DNA of 64,000 bases from contig SMSO01000033.1 of the NCBI GenBank assembly GCA_004764695.1, positions 1,922,001 through 1,986,000 of the forward strand, in the 5' to 3' direction. Of the stretch, positions 11,327 through 22,805 are shown one piece after another. A model generated the notes under the pieces. It ran no database searches. It was not told where the DNA came from and worked only from the letters and a program-made list of their open reading frames with translations. The stretch comes from Schizochytrium sp. TIO01. Its lineage: Eukaryota > Protista > Bigyra: Labyrinthulomycetes. Position 1 is the stretch's first letter, and each line of letters opens with the position of its first letter. The position numbers and the translations under genes were made by a program.

Positions 11327-11959
11327 GTATCTTCTCTGTTTAAAGTTTATAATTTATAACCACATGTATATTTGATTTTAAAACATGACTTTGTAATTCT
11401 TTTGCTACAACAACCACCACTATTATCTCACCACCACTACCGTAGAATGAATTGAAGAAATGGTGGTGCACATGTATAGCCAAGATTTAAGCTCTAGGTG
11501 ATCCTGGAAAGAGATCAAATAATTAGGAAAAGAAAAAAAAAGAACTAAAAAGAGTGAAAATGGCATACTGCAGCGCGTCTGAATTTTACAGTTCAACAGC
11601 ATCCCTCATACTCCTCATAGAATCAGAAGTAGTAGCTCTGTGGAGAAGACAATGGCCATATTTACAAATAAATTTTAAGTTTAATAATTGTTGGTATTAT
11701 AACCACTGAGCAGACCATCCGAACGAAAGGCACCGGTTTCTTACAGTAGTAATAAAAACGCTTTCGTATTAAATTCCTCTCCATCGGAAAACTCTGAAAG
11801 AGTTAACAATGGCACCATACTTTAAAGGATAATAGGAAAGCTACCTTCTCAAGCTCCTGAAAGAAAGCAAGTATGCATCATGCATCACGAACCAATTTAA
11901 AAAGAAGCATAATATCTATGCACCTAGTATCGCTTAGAGCGGTGGGGCTCTGTACTTGC

Positions 11960-13018
11960 TCAAACATGCAGGGGGGCATATGCTGCTGGGTTTGGGAGCA
12001 ACTTTTGCTTGTTGTTTCTATTAGAGAAGGGCAAGGTTGGGTTTTCCATTTGGAAGCTGTCACACTCATCTGACTGGACTAAAGATGGAGGAGAGACGGA
12101 AAATGAGGATTCAGATGTCACAGTCGAGGAGTTGGTAGCTAGCTCTTCCTTTGTCTCATAATCCTTCTCTGTTGAGTCCGTGGCCTCGCTACTGTCTTGG
12201 CGTTCAAAATTTTGGGTGGTATGTGCACAGTGAAACGAGTGAGAGTGTTTGGGATTAGAATTTTGTAGGCAGCTAGCATTCATCCGACACCGTTGTTCTG
12301 CAATGCTGAATGCAAATTTAAGTTGATGTAGGCACTTGGCATCGAACTCCTCTTCTGTAAGGTTGAGTTGGAAACCTATGAGCTCACAAAAGACCATTTC
12401 CATCCGATTAATGTCTTTGGAGGGTATACCACCTAGTTTTGCAAAGGTTTGAGTTGAAAATGAGAAATCATCTGAGAACTTGCAGGCAACAAACACAGAA
12501 ATTAAGACAAGGCGATGGAGTGAACGTGATGTGACAAGAGAGTCTGGATAACGTTGGGATATTCTATCAATATATACAAGCGCAAGCAAAAGCACACGAA
12601 GCCCACGACTCAAAGCATTCATGTCTTCTTTGTAATAAGCGGGAATGTGAGCGCTAGACTCAAAGTCAGCGGCAATAGGGCGCGCTTCATCTGCAAAGAA
12701 TGTAGGCTCCACTTTCGGGTAGCGGTTGAGGAAATATACAATTCGCCACAAGAACCACTCCATAGGTGCTTTCGAAGCACGACAACCCTCGAAAGGCGCG
12801 AGGCGATCTACTGCGAGGCCGCCTCCAAGCCTTCTCGTTCTCTTCAGGTGCTCATTCGTTTGGTCATTTTGTTTTGCCACACGGCTCAAAATCTCGCCAA
12901 AGACGACCACAATATCTTTCTGTGTGACTTTTGCTTCTACAGCAGCCAAGTGCAAGTCGTTCAAACTTCGATTTGCACGAATCTGGCCCAGACAGTTTTG
13001 ATGTTTGATGTCAGCCAT
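11960..13018 (-). CDS. PHO80-like / U-type (P-type) cyclin
   Basis: LALVYIDRI...HRLVLISVFVACKFSDD...FAKLGGIPSKDINRMEMVFCELIGFQL is the PHO80/cyclin-U box. First ATG is at 13018; the ORF track start 13063 is a GTG. Confidence 0.88.
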   Translation of the reverse strand: MADIKHQNCLGQIRANRSLNDLHLAAVEAKVTQKDIVVVFGEILSRVAKQNDQTNEHLKRTRRLGGGLAVDRLAPFEGCRASKAPMEWFLWRIVYFLNRYPKVEPTFFADEARPIAADFESSAHIPAYYKEDMNALSRGLRVLLLALVYIDRISQRYPDSLVTSRSLHRLVLISVFVACKFSDDFSFSTQTFAKLGGIPSKDINRMEMVFCELIGFQLNLTEEEFDAKCLHQLKFAFSIAEQRCRMNASCLQNSNPKHSHSFHCAHTTQNFERQDSSEATDSTEKDYETKEELATNSSTVTSESSFSVSPPSLVQSDECDSFQMENPTLPFSNRNNKQKLLPNPAAYAPLHV

Positions 13019-13773
13019 CTCCCGCCTTCCACGTTTTTTAACTTGGACGCCTAGCACTGCCACGTAGAAGTCTTTGTCTCCTCCACTTCAAGGGTTATCC
13101 TTCCCTTACTGCTCTATTGGGCTCCACCTGAATAGTTCTGTAGATGAAATACTCTCGCAAAGCTCAGTTCGTCCTGATTGATGATTGGGTTCTTGCTTTT
13201 GCTTTCGCCTCCGTCTTCTCAAAACTTTTTTTAATGTTTTAAAATCAGTTTTGCCCTACTATTCCTTTTTACTAAGCTAGTAGCCTCCCCTTACTAGCAA
13301 ATAGCCAAATTCGCGAGTTTCCATACTTTCTTTGCGCTTTTTTATTTAAAACAAAATGTAATAAAAATAATGAACAAGGTACTACCACTATTATCAGAAG
13401 GTTCTACCAGTAGTACGGAGGATTTTGATGATGCATCTCCTTCCTCACTGATAGCCAGGGACAATAAGAACATATCTATTCCAAACTCTAATACTTAGGG
13501 AGACCAGGACACCAGAAGGAGCTCACTTCTTCCCTTTCCTTGCTTCCGAAATGACTCAAACTCCAACTTTGTTCGTCATCATCGATAGTTCATCATCGAC
13601 AGTTCCAATGGCCATGAGCTGCTTTGGTCGTCAAGCAGATTGCTTGAGCTTTGCGAGTAAAGTATAAGTCAGAGTGCCGCGATGAGCATAGAAAGCACAA
13701 AGGGATCAAAGGCCACGAATTAGCGATCGATCATATTCTTTAGCTTCTCCAATAGTGACCAATTTGAACATGA

Positions 13774-13822
13774 TCACTCACTCACTCACTCACTCACTCA
13801 CTCACTCACTCACTCACTCACT
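13774..13822. repeat. (TCAC)12 microsatellite
   Basis: 12 units. Confidence 0.95.
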
Positions 13823-14970
13823 TACAAATAAACAAAGAAACAAATTATAGAAACAAATTATAGGTAGCAGCAGTAGTACCGTAGCAATAGGAGTAGTATA
13901 GCCACGAAATATAAACCGAAGCGGCCCTTTCGCGCTTCATTTTTCGACAGCGGTTGAACTTTGACTCTCTTTTCGTGAAGGACTGGGGATGGTGAGCATG
14001 GAAACCTCGAATTGTAGCTCAGGCTTCATGATGGCGATTGCAGTGGCTTATTAGGACGCGCCTCGCGACCTTTCCAGAGGCGGTTCTTCGCTTGGACGCA
14101 AATTACCTTTGCATGCATAGATAAGGCCGCTCGGAACTTAAAGTCCGCTTCTTCTTCTTCTTCTTCAACTTTCTTTCTTTAGGAGTTCGTGGTTAGTAAT
14201 AAAAACTCCCTCTCCTGGTGTTAAGCGATTGCGCTGCTTTTGTGCTCAATTGCTATTTCTCATTCGATCAGACTACCTGAAATGAAGCTGCTATTCGAAG
14301 CCAAATGGATGGGACGCATCTTGGATGGGCATGATTATGGTCGTTGCAGCGGCTTTGATCCCTATCGGCCTGCATTTGAAGACGGTGGATGCAAAGAGAA
14401 ATCGGAAAAGAGGCAAAAGAGCCCCTCAGGGAAACATCGCGATAAGTAGACCGCCTTTTGTTCATTAGTAGTGGGGGGCGGTATCCTTTTGCAATCTATC
14501 ATTAATTATTTTGCTGTTGTTTTCGCTTTTTCTTCTTCTTCTTCTTCTTCTTTTCCCCTCTGTTTTTCCAAGTTGTTCTGGTCCGATTAAAGTTTTATCC
14601 TGACCAAGAACTCGGACGACTACGACGTGCGGGTGTGCGACAGGGACGCAGCATCCTCGTTGCAGAGACGCAGAGGGTTGGCCCTACATCCTTCAAGCTC
14701 GCACCCATCATGCATGATGATGAGGAGGAGGACCGGCCCATCTAGCTCGTACTCGATCAGGTCGCACACATGCCAGAAAACGAGCAGAGGACAACGAATA
14801 AGTTTGCGGTTGTTCTGGTCGAGAGGCCGGAACAGAGAGACATACATCAGAGCGCAGCTACTTGGGCAGATAGCCAGCCAGCTAGCGCTAGTGCTTAGCG
14901 TTTGACTGAGGGCAAGGCCGAGCAAGGGAAGCTCGTTCCTGACGGGTCCGTGGCTTGTTTGATTCAGGTC

Positions 14971-15054
14971 CAACTTCAAGTTCAACTTCAAGCTCAACTT
15001 CAAGTTCAACTTCAAGTTCAACTTCAAGTTCAACTTCAAGTTCAACTTCAAGTT
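14971..15054. repeat. Minisatellite (CAACTTCAAGTT)x7
   Basis: Seven tandem 12-mers with one substitution (second unit ends AGCT). Confidence 0.95.
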
Positions 15055-15258
15055 GTCTCAGAGCCTGCCGGTCAGTCAGGCTTTTGATATGATTGTCATC
15101 CGGAGTTAGAGGCGGCAAGAAAGAACCTCGGAGCTCGGAGATTTGAAGAGTTGTAGCTGCACTTCAAGGGAAGCAGCCTTCATCCCTCACCATGAGACCG
15201 CATATTCGCAATCCATGAATCGTCTCAATACATATTATATACATAACCCATTGCGATT

Positions 15259-15261
<3 letters not shown>

Positions 15262-15294
<33 letters not shown>
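15262..15294. repeat. (CT)n microsatellite
   Basis: About 16 units. Confidence 0.95.
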
Positions 15295-15299
<5 letters not shown>

Positions 15300-15544
15300 G
15301 CTTGTGTCCCTACAGACACTAAACTCCGCGGAAACTCGTGTTCTCCTTGCTCGTTCAAGAGTGATTCTCAAAGAGTTTGTTTGAGCTGCAGACTCTGAAA
15401 GGGCCATTTGAAAGGCTCCGCAACAGTCTGTAGAGGAGCCAAAAGGCCCATGCAAAGCTTTCGAGGAGTGAGTGCGTTCGTAGTTCTGATTCGATTTCGA
15501 CACGACAACTTCTGTTGAACTCGAAGCAGTCCTGGCCCTCAGTC

Positions 15545-15655
<111 letters not shown>

Positions 15656-16116
15656 AGGTACTTCGGTATGCCTGAGGGACTGAGGGGTTTGCTTGAGAGA
15701 TTCTTCTTTCTTCCTCCGTCCTTGCTCCCATTTAGAGGCACAGACCTGACTTATTTGATTAACAGCCAGAGGAGACCAACTCTGGTTGTCCTTACATAGT
15801 GCCGCTAGTAAGACTTTCAGGATGATATTGGACTTTGAGGGGAATTAATGAGACATTTGGAAGCTTGCACGCTCTTTATGTGGAGACGACAGGTAGATTG
15901 TGTCTTCTCTCGAAACGAATGGGTCAAACCTAATCACTCACTAGTTAGAGGCGCCAGCCTACTGAGTAAGTGGTTAAAACCTTAGAAACTCAAGCAAGTC
16001 AAAACAACCACTCTGACACCTTGTCGATGATCAGTATCTTAGATAGGCATTATGTAGGAGCTCCAAATCGGTCGCAGAAAAGTCTCTCGTGAGTCCAAGT
16101 AGATGCCTTGCCAGCT

Positions 16117-16406
16117 GTCGAGTAACTTGAACTAAAAGCTATCCGATTTTGGTTCTACTAATCGCCTCGCCAGCTGGTAGGAACCTGCCTTTAGAGACGC
16201 TATGCTGCTAGAAGGCAGTGCACAGGACCAACTAGCGAATCCCAAGGCCAAGCCTAGCGTTATCATGAGAAAAGATGTACCCGGGTGCCTCATAACCGTT
16301 AAAAACGAATCTTGCATCCGATGTATAAACGTCAACAAGATCCAAACCGGCGTTGAGGGGATTAGTAGAACCAAAAGCGGATAGCTTTTAGTTCAAGTTA
16401 CTCGAC
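16117..16406. mobile_element. 290-bp foldback / MITE-like element with 52-bp terminal inverted repeats
   Basis: 16117-16168 GTCGAGTAACTTGAACTAAAAGCTATCCGATTTTGGTTCTACTAATCGCCTC matches the reverse complement of 16355-16406 at 50 of 52 positions. No coding capacity and no clear outer target-site duplication. Confidence 0.7.
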
Positions 16407-17262
16407 TTAAACTAGGTGTTGAGAAGACTTCTATTATTCTCGAAGACAACCTCGCGTCACCTTACATCAGCAGAAGGTTTTGTATCTCATTTTGTTTTCT
16501 GGCGCACTGAAAGAATGGCTCCAAAATCTCTCTCACTCCGGCACTTATGATTTAAGTAAAAGTTGAAGTTGAAAAATTAAGTCTATGTAGGTAGGTAGAT
16601 AGGTAGAGATATCACCCTCTGTTAACTGAGAACGCTGTCTCTTTGTATTGTTGTGGCTTTTGGCTGCTTGAAGCGCCGAGGAAGGTAGAGCGAGATTTAG
16701 ACTAAGGTAGCAGACTTCGTTAGGAATAATAGCTAACTGGAACAACGACGCAATAGACACTCTATTATTGTTATCTATAGTACGTGCTAGTCAGATCGAA
16801 AGAATCTGTCTAGATTTTGAGTGAACTCTCTATGATGAATTATTGCGTTGGCTTTAGTAGACGCTATACCGTCGTAGTTTCTGTAAGTGCTGTTCTACGA
16901 CACACAAACTTCCCAGCGGGGCACTTTTGTGTTTAGCACCATTGTGCTCATAATCCATACATAGCCGGACTTTGGTTGCGAAACCTCGAACAAACCAAAG
17001 TCAAGTATTTACTGTTCAAGGAACTTCTGAGTGGAAGGAAACTCGTCGCTGTTTCAACCACCGAACAGACCTTCGTCTGAATCTGGATGCACTAGAGTTG
17101 TCCTTTGGGGAGGCGAGGGGGGGCAGAGGGGATGGGAAACAGAGTTTCTCCTGCGCAAGAATATTTGAGAGAACAGCATAAAGTAGAAATGTTGATTCGA
17201 TTGACTAGACCACACCTAATTATCCTAAACGAAAGTTGATGTTACCATCGCGCTCCAAAGAT

Positions 17263-18240
17263 TTAATCCTGACTACCGATTGTAAGAATGATTTTTCCCT
17301 TGGTTCGTCGACTGTGCAAGTCAGCAATCGCCTCCTCAACGTTCTCGGCATTGAACTCGAGAACCTTGCCGATTACGGGCTCTGCGTTTTGTTCTTTAAG
17401 AAGCTTCACGATTGCCCGCAGATCATCACCCTTCTGATCAGCAAGGAAAATCTTTTGGTTCTTCGCTTGGGTTCCAGTGAGCAAGCGTACCCAGTTAGAG
17501 AGAGCTCCGTTCAGAGCAACAAACATACCATCCTTCTTGATGAGCTCCTTGCCTTGCCCGAAGTAGTTCTCACCACCACCACTAAAGGAGGCAGCATCAT
17601 AGACGAAATCAACGCTCTCTTTTCCCAAAGCTGCGAGAGGAGTTTCCTTGGTATAATCGATGACTTGATTTGCACCAAGGTCCTTGACCAGTTGCTCGTT
17701 CTTTCCAGAACAAACAGCGATAATGTTAGCCTCAGGACCTCCAATAGCACGTCCCAACGTAACGGCAGCCGTGCCAGCGCCTCCACTTGCTCCAATGATT
17801 AAAAGGCTTTGTCCCTTCTGATAACCAAATTGAGTCAAACCTTTGTATGCTGTCTGGTAAGTCACAGGAAGTGCCGCGCACTGTACAAAGCTGAGGAAGT
17901 CTGGAACTTTAGCGAGGGATCCTGCTTTACATTGCGCAAACTCAGCATACGAACCATTTGCAGAGCCAAAGACACGATCGCCCTTGGCAAAATCCTTAAC
18001 ACCGTTGCCAACCTCCTTGACGACACCAGCAACATCGTAGCCAAGAATTTGACCTGGCTTGAAGAGCGCCATCGCTTGAAGTTTGTAGTCAACGGGATTA
18101 ATTCCAATAGCGCGAACCTCGACAATAACTTCGTCCTCCTTGGCCTGAGGGACAGGTTTATCTGTCACAAACTTGCGGCCACTAATGCCACTCATCACCA
18201 CAGCCTTCATGGTTTCGCCAACACTGCCAGAGTTCCCCAT
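17263..18240 (-). CDS. MDR-family (zinc-free, NADPH:quinone oxidoreductase-like) oxidoreductase, copy 1
   Basis: AIGINPVDYK, GYDVAGVV, GDRVFG, nucleotide-binding IIGASGGAGTAAV, LGANQVIDYT, C-terminal RRTKGKIIL. Confidence 0.93.
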   Translation of the reverse strand: MGNSGSVGETMKAVVMSGISGRKFVTDKPVPQAKEDEVIVEVRAIGINPVDYKLQAMALFKPGQILGYDVAGVVKEVGNGVKDFAKGDRVFGSANGSYAEFAQCKAGSLAKVPDFLSFVQCAALPVTYQTAYKGLTQFGYQKGQSLLIIGASGGAGTAAVTLGRAIGGPEANIIAVCSGKNEQLVKDLGANQVIDYTKETPLAALGKESVDFVYDAASFSGGGENYFGQGKELIKKDGMFVALNGALSNWVRLLTGTQAKNQKIFLADQKGDDLRAIVKLLKEQNAEPVIGKVLEFNAENVEEAIADLHSRRTKGKIILTIGSQD

Positions 18241-20322
18241 CTTCTTGCTTCACAGAAGTACTTGAGAGCAACTATTATCGAATTTCTACTTTACTATGTG
18301 CTTTGATTCGCTTGTTGCTTCGCTTGTTGCTTCGCTAGTTGCTTCGCGTATTTTGGTTTTGTTTTGACTTGTTTCCCAGGTTTACGAATTAGGGATCTGC
18401 GATGATGCAAACCAACTTGTGCATGGGAACCTACACAAAATTAAATCTACTTTCCTTGCTTTTTTTAAATGTAGCTACCACATATATTTCTCTAGAGGTA
18501 CTATCTCTATGGTAGTCACTACCTACTATACTGGCTTGTTTGCCCGGGCCTGATTGGAATTTTTTCACGTGAGACAGTTGTTCAAGAACTAATTAATTAT
18601 TTCTGCTGCTTTCAGCACTGTGTTGCGTTTATTATTTTGATGCATCACTTAGACACACCCACGGTGCGAAGTGAGTCTCAGACGCATTACTTTCACTGCT
18701 TTCAATTTATAGAAGGTGAGTATATAAGCACCAGTACTCTTCATTGATGCCTCCGTATGTAACGATCATAACTATAACCCACTCATCGGTAATTCGGGAA
18801 AACTACCTCCTATATTGATAGTAAGCAATCATCAGGTAGAACTATAAGTAGGTAGGTTTGTATGTAACTTCTTGCCTTCGTTTAAAGTACTAGATATGGT
18901 ATCAGGTAGAATTCTTAGAAGCCTTCCTACCTATTAGTAGATATTGAATGGAGGGAAAGGATCAAAGAAGCGCTCGATCACGTTTTAATACAATTTAAAG
19001 TGACAAGCATGGAAGGTAGGTTTTGCCATTCAGCTTTCAGACGCCGCAGACGAAATGAACATCTCCAACGAAATTAGGGTGCCATGTCGAGGAAATGAGA
19101 ATGTTCATCCGATAGAAGAGAGCTGTCTCCACGAACTTTTCTACTTTGCTGCTTGCTACACAGCACACCTACGTGTGGTTAGATGGAAATCCATCGCCAT
19201 CATCTTCAAGTTGGACTCTGCTGTGAGTTCTCGAAGGTTTATTCAATGAGCGTAATCCTAACTTTAGTAGATATCATGATGTAACCTGAGACATATGATA
19301 GTACCTTAGGTTACCTACCATACCAGGTCATGGAGATGATTAGGTCACTTAGTTTTGACGCATGTATCCACGTAATCTACCTATTGTTTTGACGTATCGT
19401 TTAGGTTTCAGGAGGTGGAAAGAAACTGTACAATTAGTACTGCTATTTGAATTAGTTGCAGCCCTCTGGCTTGGGTGATTCAGTCCCAACTATTGACGCA
19501 ATCTTTCTTTGACTCAATGGATGTTCCCGCACTACGTAGCATAGAAGCCTCGTGTGAAAACAAGAGTACTAGTACCAAATTTATCATCCATACAAGGGGG
19601 TTGCCCCATGTTCTGCTAAAAAAATATACATAATAGAAAGAGGATGCAATTATTCTATGGGGTTTATTCCCGATAGTGAATGTCCTGACCTTCATTTTCA
19701 AACTCACTGTGATTTCAAGAACAACTTATTAAAATGCAAAAGTGTTGTCAGATAATAGCAGCGATTTTTACTGAGAGGCTTGTAATATAGCCCAAAATTA
19801 AAGATGTTGCATCAATGGAAGAAAAAACGCATTTCGTAAGATTTGTAGAAGGACCCAAAAATCTTTGTAGTTCGTCTGTACACTTAAATTTACGATTAAG
19901 CCCAGAATTCCAGTTTTACATGACATGGTAGCATAGAAAATAACAACTTTTTCAATTTATCAATCTTCAAAGCTGGTGGTGGTGCTAATATTAAATTGAT
20001 AGACACGCAAGAGGAGCTACACAGCTTGAAGAGAGACTTTAGTTTTTTTTTAATGGAAAAAGCAGAGATTTAAATTTGAGAAGAAGATACATCGAGAGGG
20101 GAAATAATTGATGTTACTTCCTCGTGTCTTCAACAGATCAGCGCAATAGATTTTCTAACGATCTTAAAATGTAGTTATGTTTTATATGGTTTTTATTAAA
20201 CTAGCCAAAATGCTCATCTCAAACAACGAGCGTGGTACATTGCGCTTGCACGTAAATGAGTTATACCAACCGACTCAGGACTATGTATCTTAGTTATTGT
20301 AGGTGTGGTATTATGAGCCACA

Positions 20323-21399
20323 TTATGAGCTGGCAATTGATGTGGTGGAAACTTCAGGGTTGCTGGACGTGTTCTCACTAGGTGTAACCGGTGTGGCCTC
20401 AGTATCCATTGAAAGGATGATTTTCCCCTTTGTACGGCGACCTTGCAGATCCTTGTAGGCGGTCTCAACGTTTGCTTCGTTGAACTCCATGACCTTACCA
20501 ATCACAGGTTTCTGATTATTCTTTTCAAGAAGATCCACAATTTCTTTGAGATCCGAACCGCGGTAGTCGGCTAGGTGCATCTTACGCTGGTCTTCTTCCC
20601 AGCCAGTAAACATCTTGAGCCAGGCAAGGATAGGACCGTTAATAGCAACATACATTCCGTCCAGTGTGATCATATCCTTAGATTGCTTAATGTAATCTTC
20701 CCCGCCACCACTGTATGAGGCTGCATCATATACAAAGTCGACATTGCCCTTGCCGACTGCACGAAGGGGTGTTTCCTTCGTGTAATCGATCACTCGGTCT
20801 GCGCCAAGCTTTTTCACCATCTCAGCATTCTTGCCAGAACAGACACCGATAATCTCAGCATCGGGACCTCCTATAGCACGGCCCATGATTATAGCAGCAG
20901 TCCCTGCTCCACCACTGGCGCCAATGACTACCAAGCTCTGACCTTTTTTGTAACCATACTCCTTCAGGGACTGGTAAGCAGTGAGAAAAGTCACGGGTAG
21001 GGCTGCGCACTCCGCAAAGCTGAATGACTCAGGCATTTTGGCAATTTCTGCAATGCTACATTTTGCGTACTCTGCTAAAGACCCCTGGGCAGTTCCAAAG
21101 ACGCGGTCGCCCTTAGCAAAATCTTTAACCTCGGCGCCGACTTCCACAACAACTCCGGCAAAATCAACACCCATTACACGGTTAGGCATGAATATCGCAG
21201 CCTTCTGAAGTTTGTAGTCTACGGGATTGACAGCAGCAGCTTTAACTTGTACCACAACTTGCTGCTTCCCAGCGATGGGCTTAGGCTTGTCGCTCGTGAA
21301 CTTGCGCTCGTTCAAGCCGCACATGACCACAGCGTTCATGGTCTCGATGGGCTCGCCATTTTCGCCTTGCGTTTTGCTGCTACTTGAGTTCTGACCCAT
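20323..21399 (-). CDS. MDR-family (quinone oxidoreductase-like) oxidoreductase, copy 2 (tandem paralog)
   Basis: AAAVNPVDYK, GVDFAGVV, VIGASGGAGTAAI, LGADRVIDYT, RRTKGKIIL; colinear with the 17263-18240 protein. Confidence 0.93.
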   Translation of the reverse strand: MGQNSSSSKTQGENGEPIETMNAVVMCGLNERKFTSDKPKPIAGKQQVVVQVKAAAVNPVDYKLQKAAIFMPNRVMGVDFAGVVVEVGAEVKDFAKGDRVFGTAQGSLAEYAKCSIAEIAKMPESFSFAECAALPVTFLTAYQSLKEYGYKKGQSLVVIGASGGAGTAAIIMGRAIGGPDAEIIGVCSGKNAEMVKKLGADRVIDYTKETPLRAVGKGNVDFVYDAASYSGGGEDYIKQSKDMITLDGMYVAINGPILAWLKMFTGWEEDQRKMHLADYRGSDLKEIVDLLEKNNQKPVIGKVMEFNEANVETAYKDLQGRRTKGKIILSMDTEATPVTPSENTSSNPEVSTTSIASS

Positions 21400-22805
21400 G
21401 GTTTCCGCTGTGCCCTGGCTCTTTCTTCGTCTCCTTCTTCTTCTCTCTCTCTCTCTCTCTCTCTCTACTTATGCTCGGAATTCCACCAGCGCAGAGACAA
21501 CCTAGTAGAAGTTCTGGATCTACTTGATGATCAAACTACAATTTTCTTCTTGCAATCATTACGCGTATTTTCCTGTTTCTAAGACTCCAACTAGTCAGAG
21601 GCTACTCCAAAAAATCCTTTACTTGGGCAAAGACTCAAGTCTAAGCAAGCGGGTATCTATTACCTTGGCTAAAAGCTAGATAGGAATCCCTTACCAAGAT
21701 GGCATTTGCTTCATTTTCAAAGTTTAAATGATAACCTGGTGATGCTCAGCCTGATTGTCACAAAGGGGGAGTGACTCTCAATCTTTTGCGAGGTCTCACC
21801 TTAAAGGCACTACTAGAACTTGCAATAGCTAGCAGGCGTGGATAGCAATGATAATTTCTAAACTAGGTATGACGCGAGTTTGATACCAAGAGGAACTATT
21901 GAAGGGAGATTGTGTCAACATATTGCGTTTATCAAAGTCTGTAGAACGCACAGTTGTCATCGACATCCAAGTATTGTGAACAGCGGCATGTGGCTACCAT
22001 AGCGTTCTCATTGTTCTTTGCTTTGTTCTTTCAAGCTTCCTCTCACATTCTTTCTACCTTCTGCATTACTTTCTTTTGAAATACTAGTAGATGGATATAT
22101 AGTACTGCTTCTTTTTTTTTTCACAAATTGTATATACCTATACTTTTGATTTAACAGCATTTTCCCTTTTTTTAATACATATTTAGTACTAGTAGGCCTC
22201 TCCTACATATCACCTCTTATAGACGAAACCTGTTTACTTGCGACTTATTATTGCCATTGATTGATTGATTGATTGATTGATTGACAGATGATATACTTTT
22301 CACAGTTGCACAGCTCAAGGAGGTAGAGTAAAGCAATACCACACCCGAGAGGTGCAAGGGTAATAACGTACGGAAGCCTGAGAACTGGAACGTAGACCTA
22401 GCTCTGTAGAGGGGTCTACTTATACAACTGGCTGCCACTTCTCTGTGTCTTGTTCTCTTGCTTGGTGAGTGGTGCTTGATTAGAGTAACTCGCTCCTTGC
22501 CAACCTTGCCGCAGACAAACGCTAAGCCTGTGGTTTCTCTATCATTTGCCCTGCCCGACTTAGGCTACGTTTTATCTTTTTGATAAGACAAACTCGAAGA
22601 TTGTTGTCGCAGGTGGTAGTGATTCATGATATACTTCTTTTGCGGTGAACCACTGGAATAGTCTCACATTGCTTGCAGTCTTCGTTTGGATAAAACAAGG
22701 CAGCATTTAGATTAGATAGTTTGAATCACCAGGTTGTTAGGTTAGCCCCCTTCTTTTCCCCCTTCTCCCTCTTCCTCATTGGCATTCAAAAAATATACAA
22801 ACGCA

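Noticed and set aside
13154-13657. 13-bp inverted match CTCGCAAAGCTCA / TGAGCTTTGCGAG about 490 bp apart
   Set aside because: Short, does not extend, no TSD; plausible by chance in 64 kb.
14971-15054. Regular repeat array considered as CRISPR-like
   Set aside because: Head-to-tail 12-mers with no unique spacers and no cas genes; eukaryotic context.
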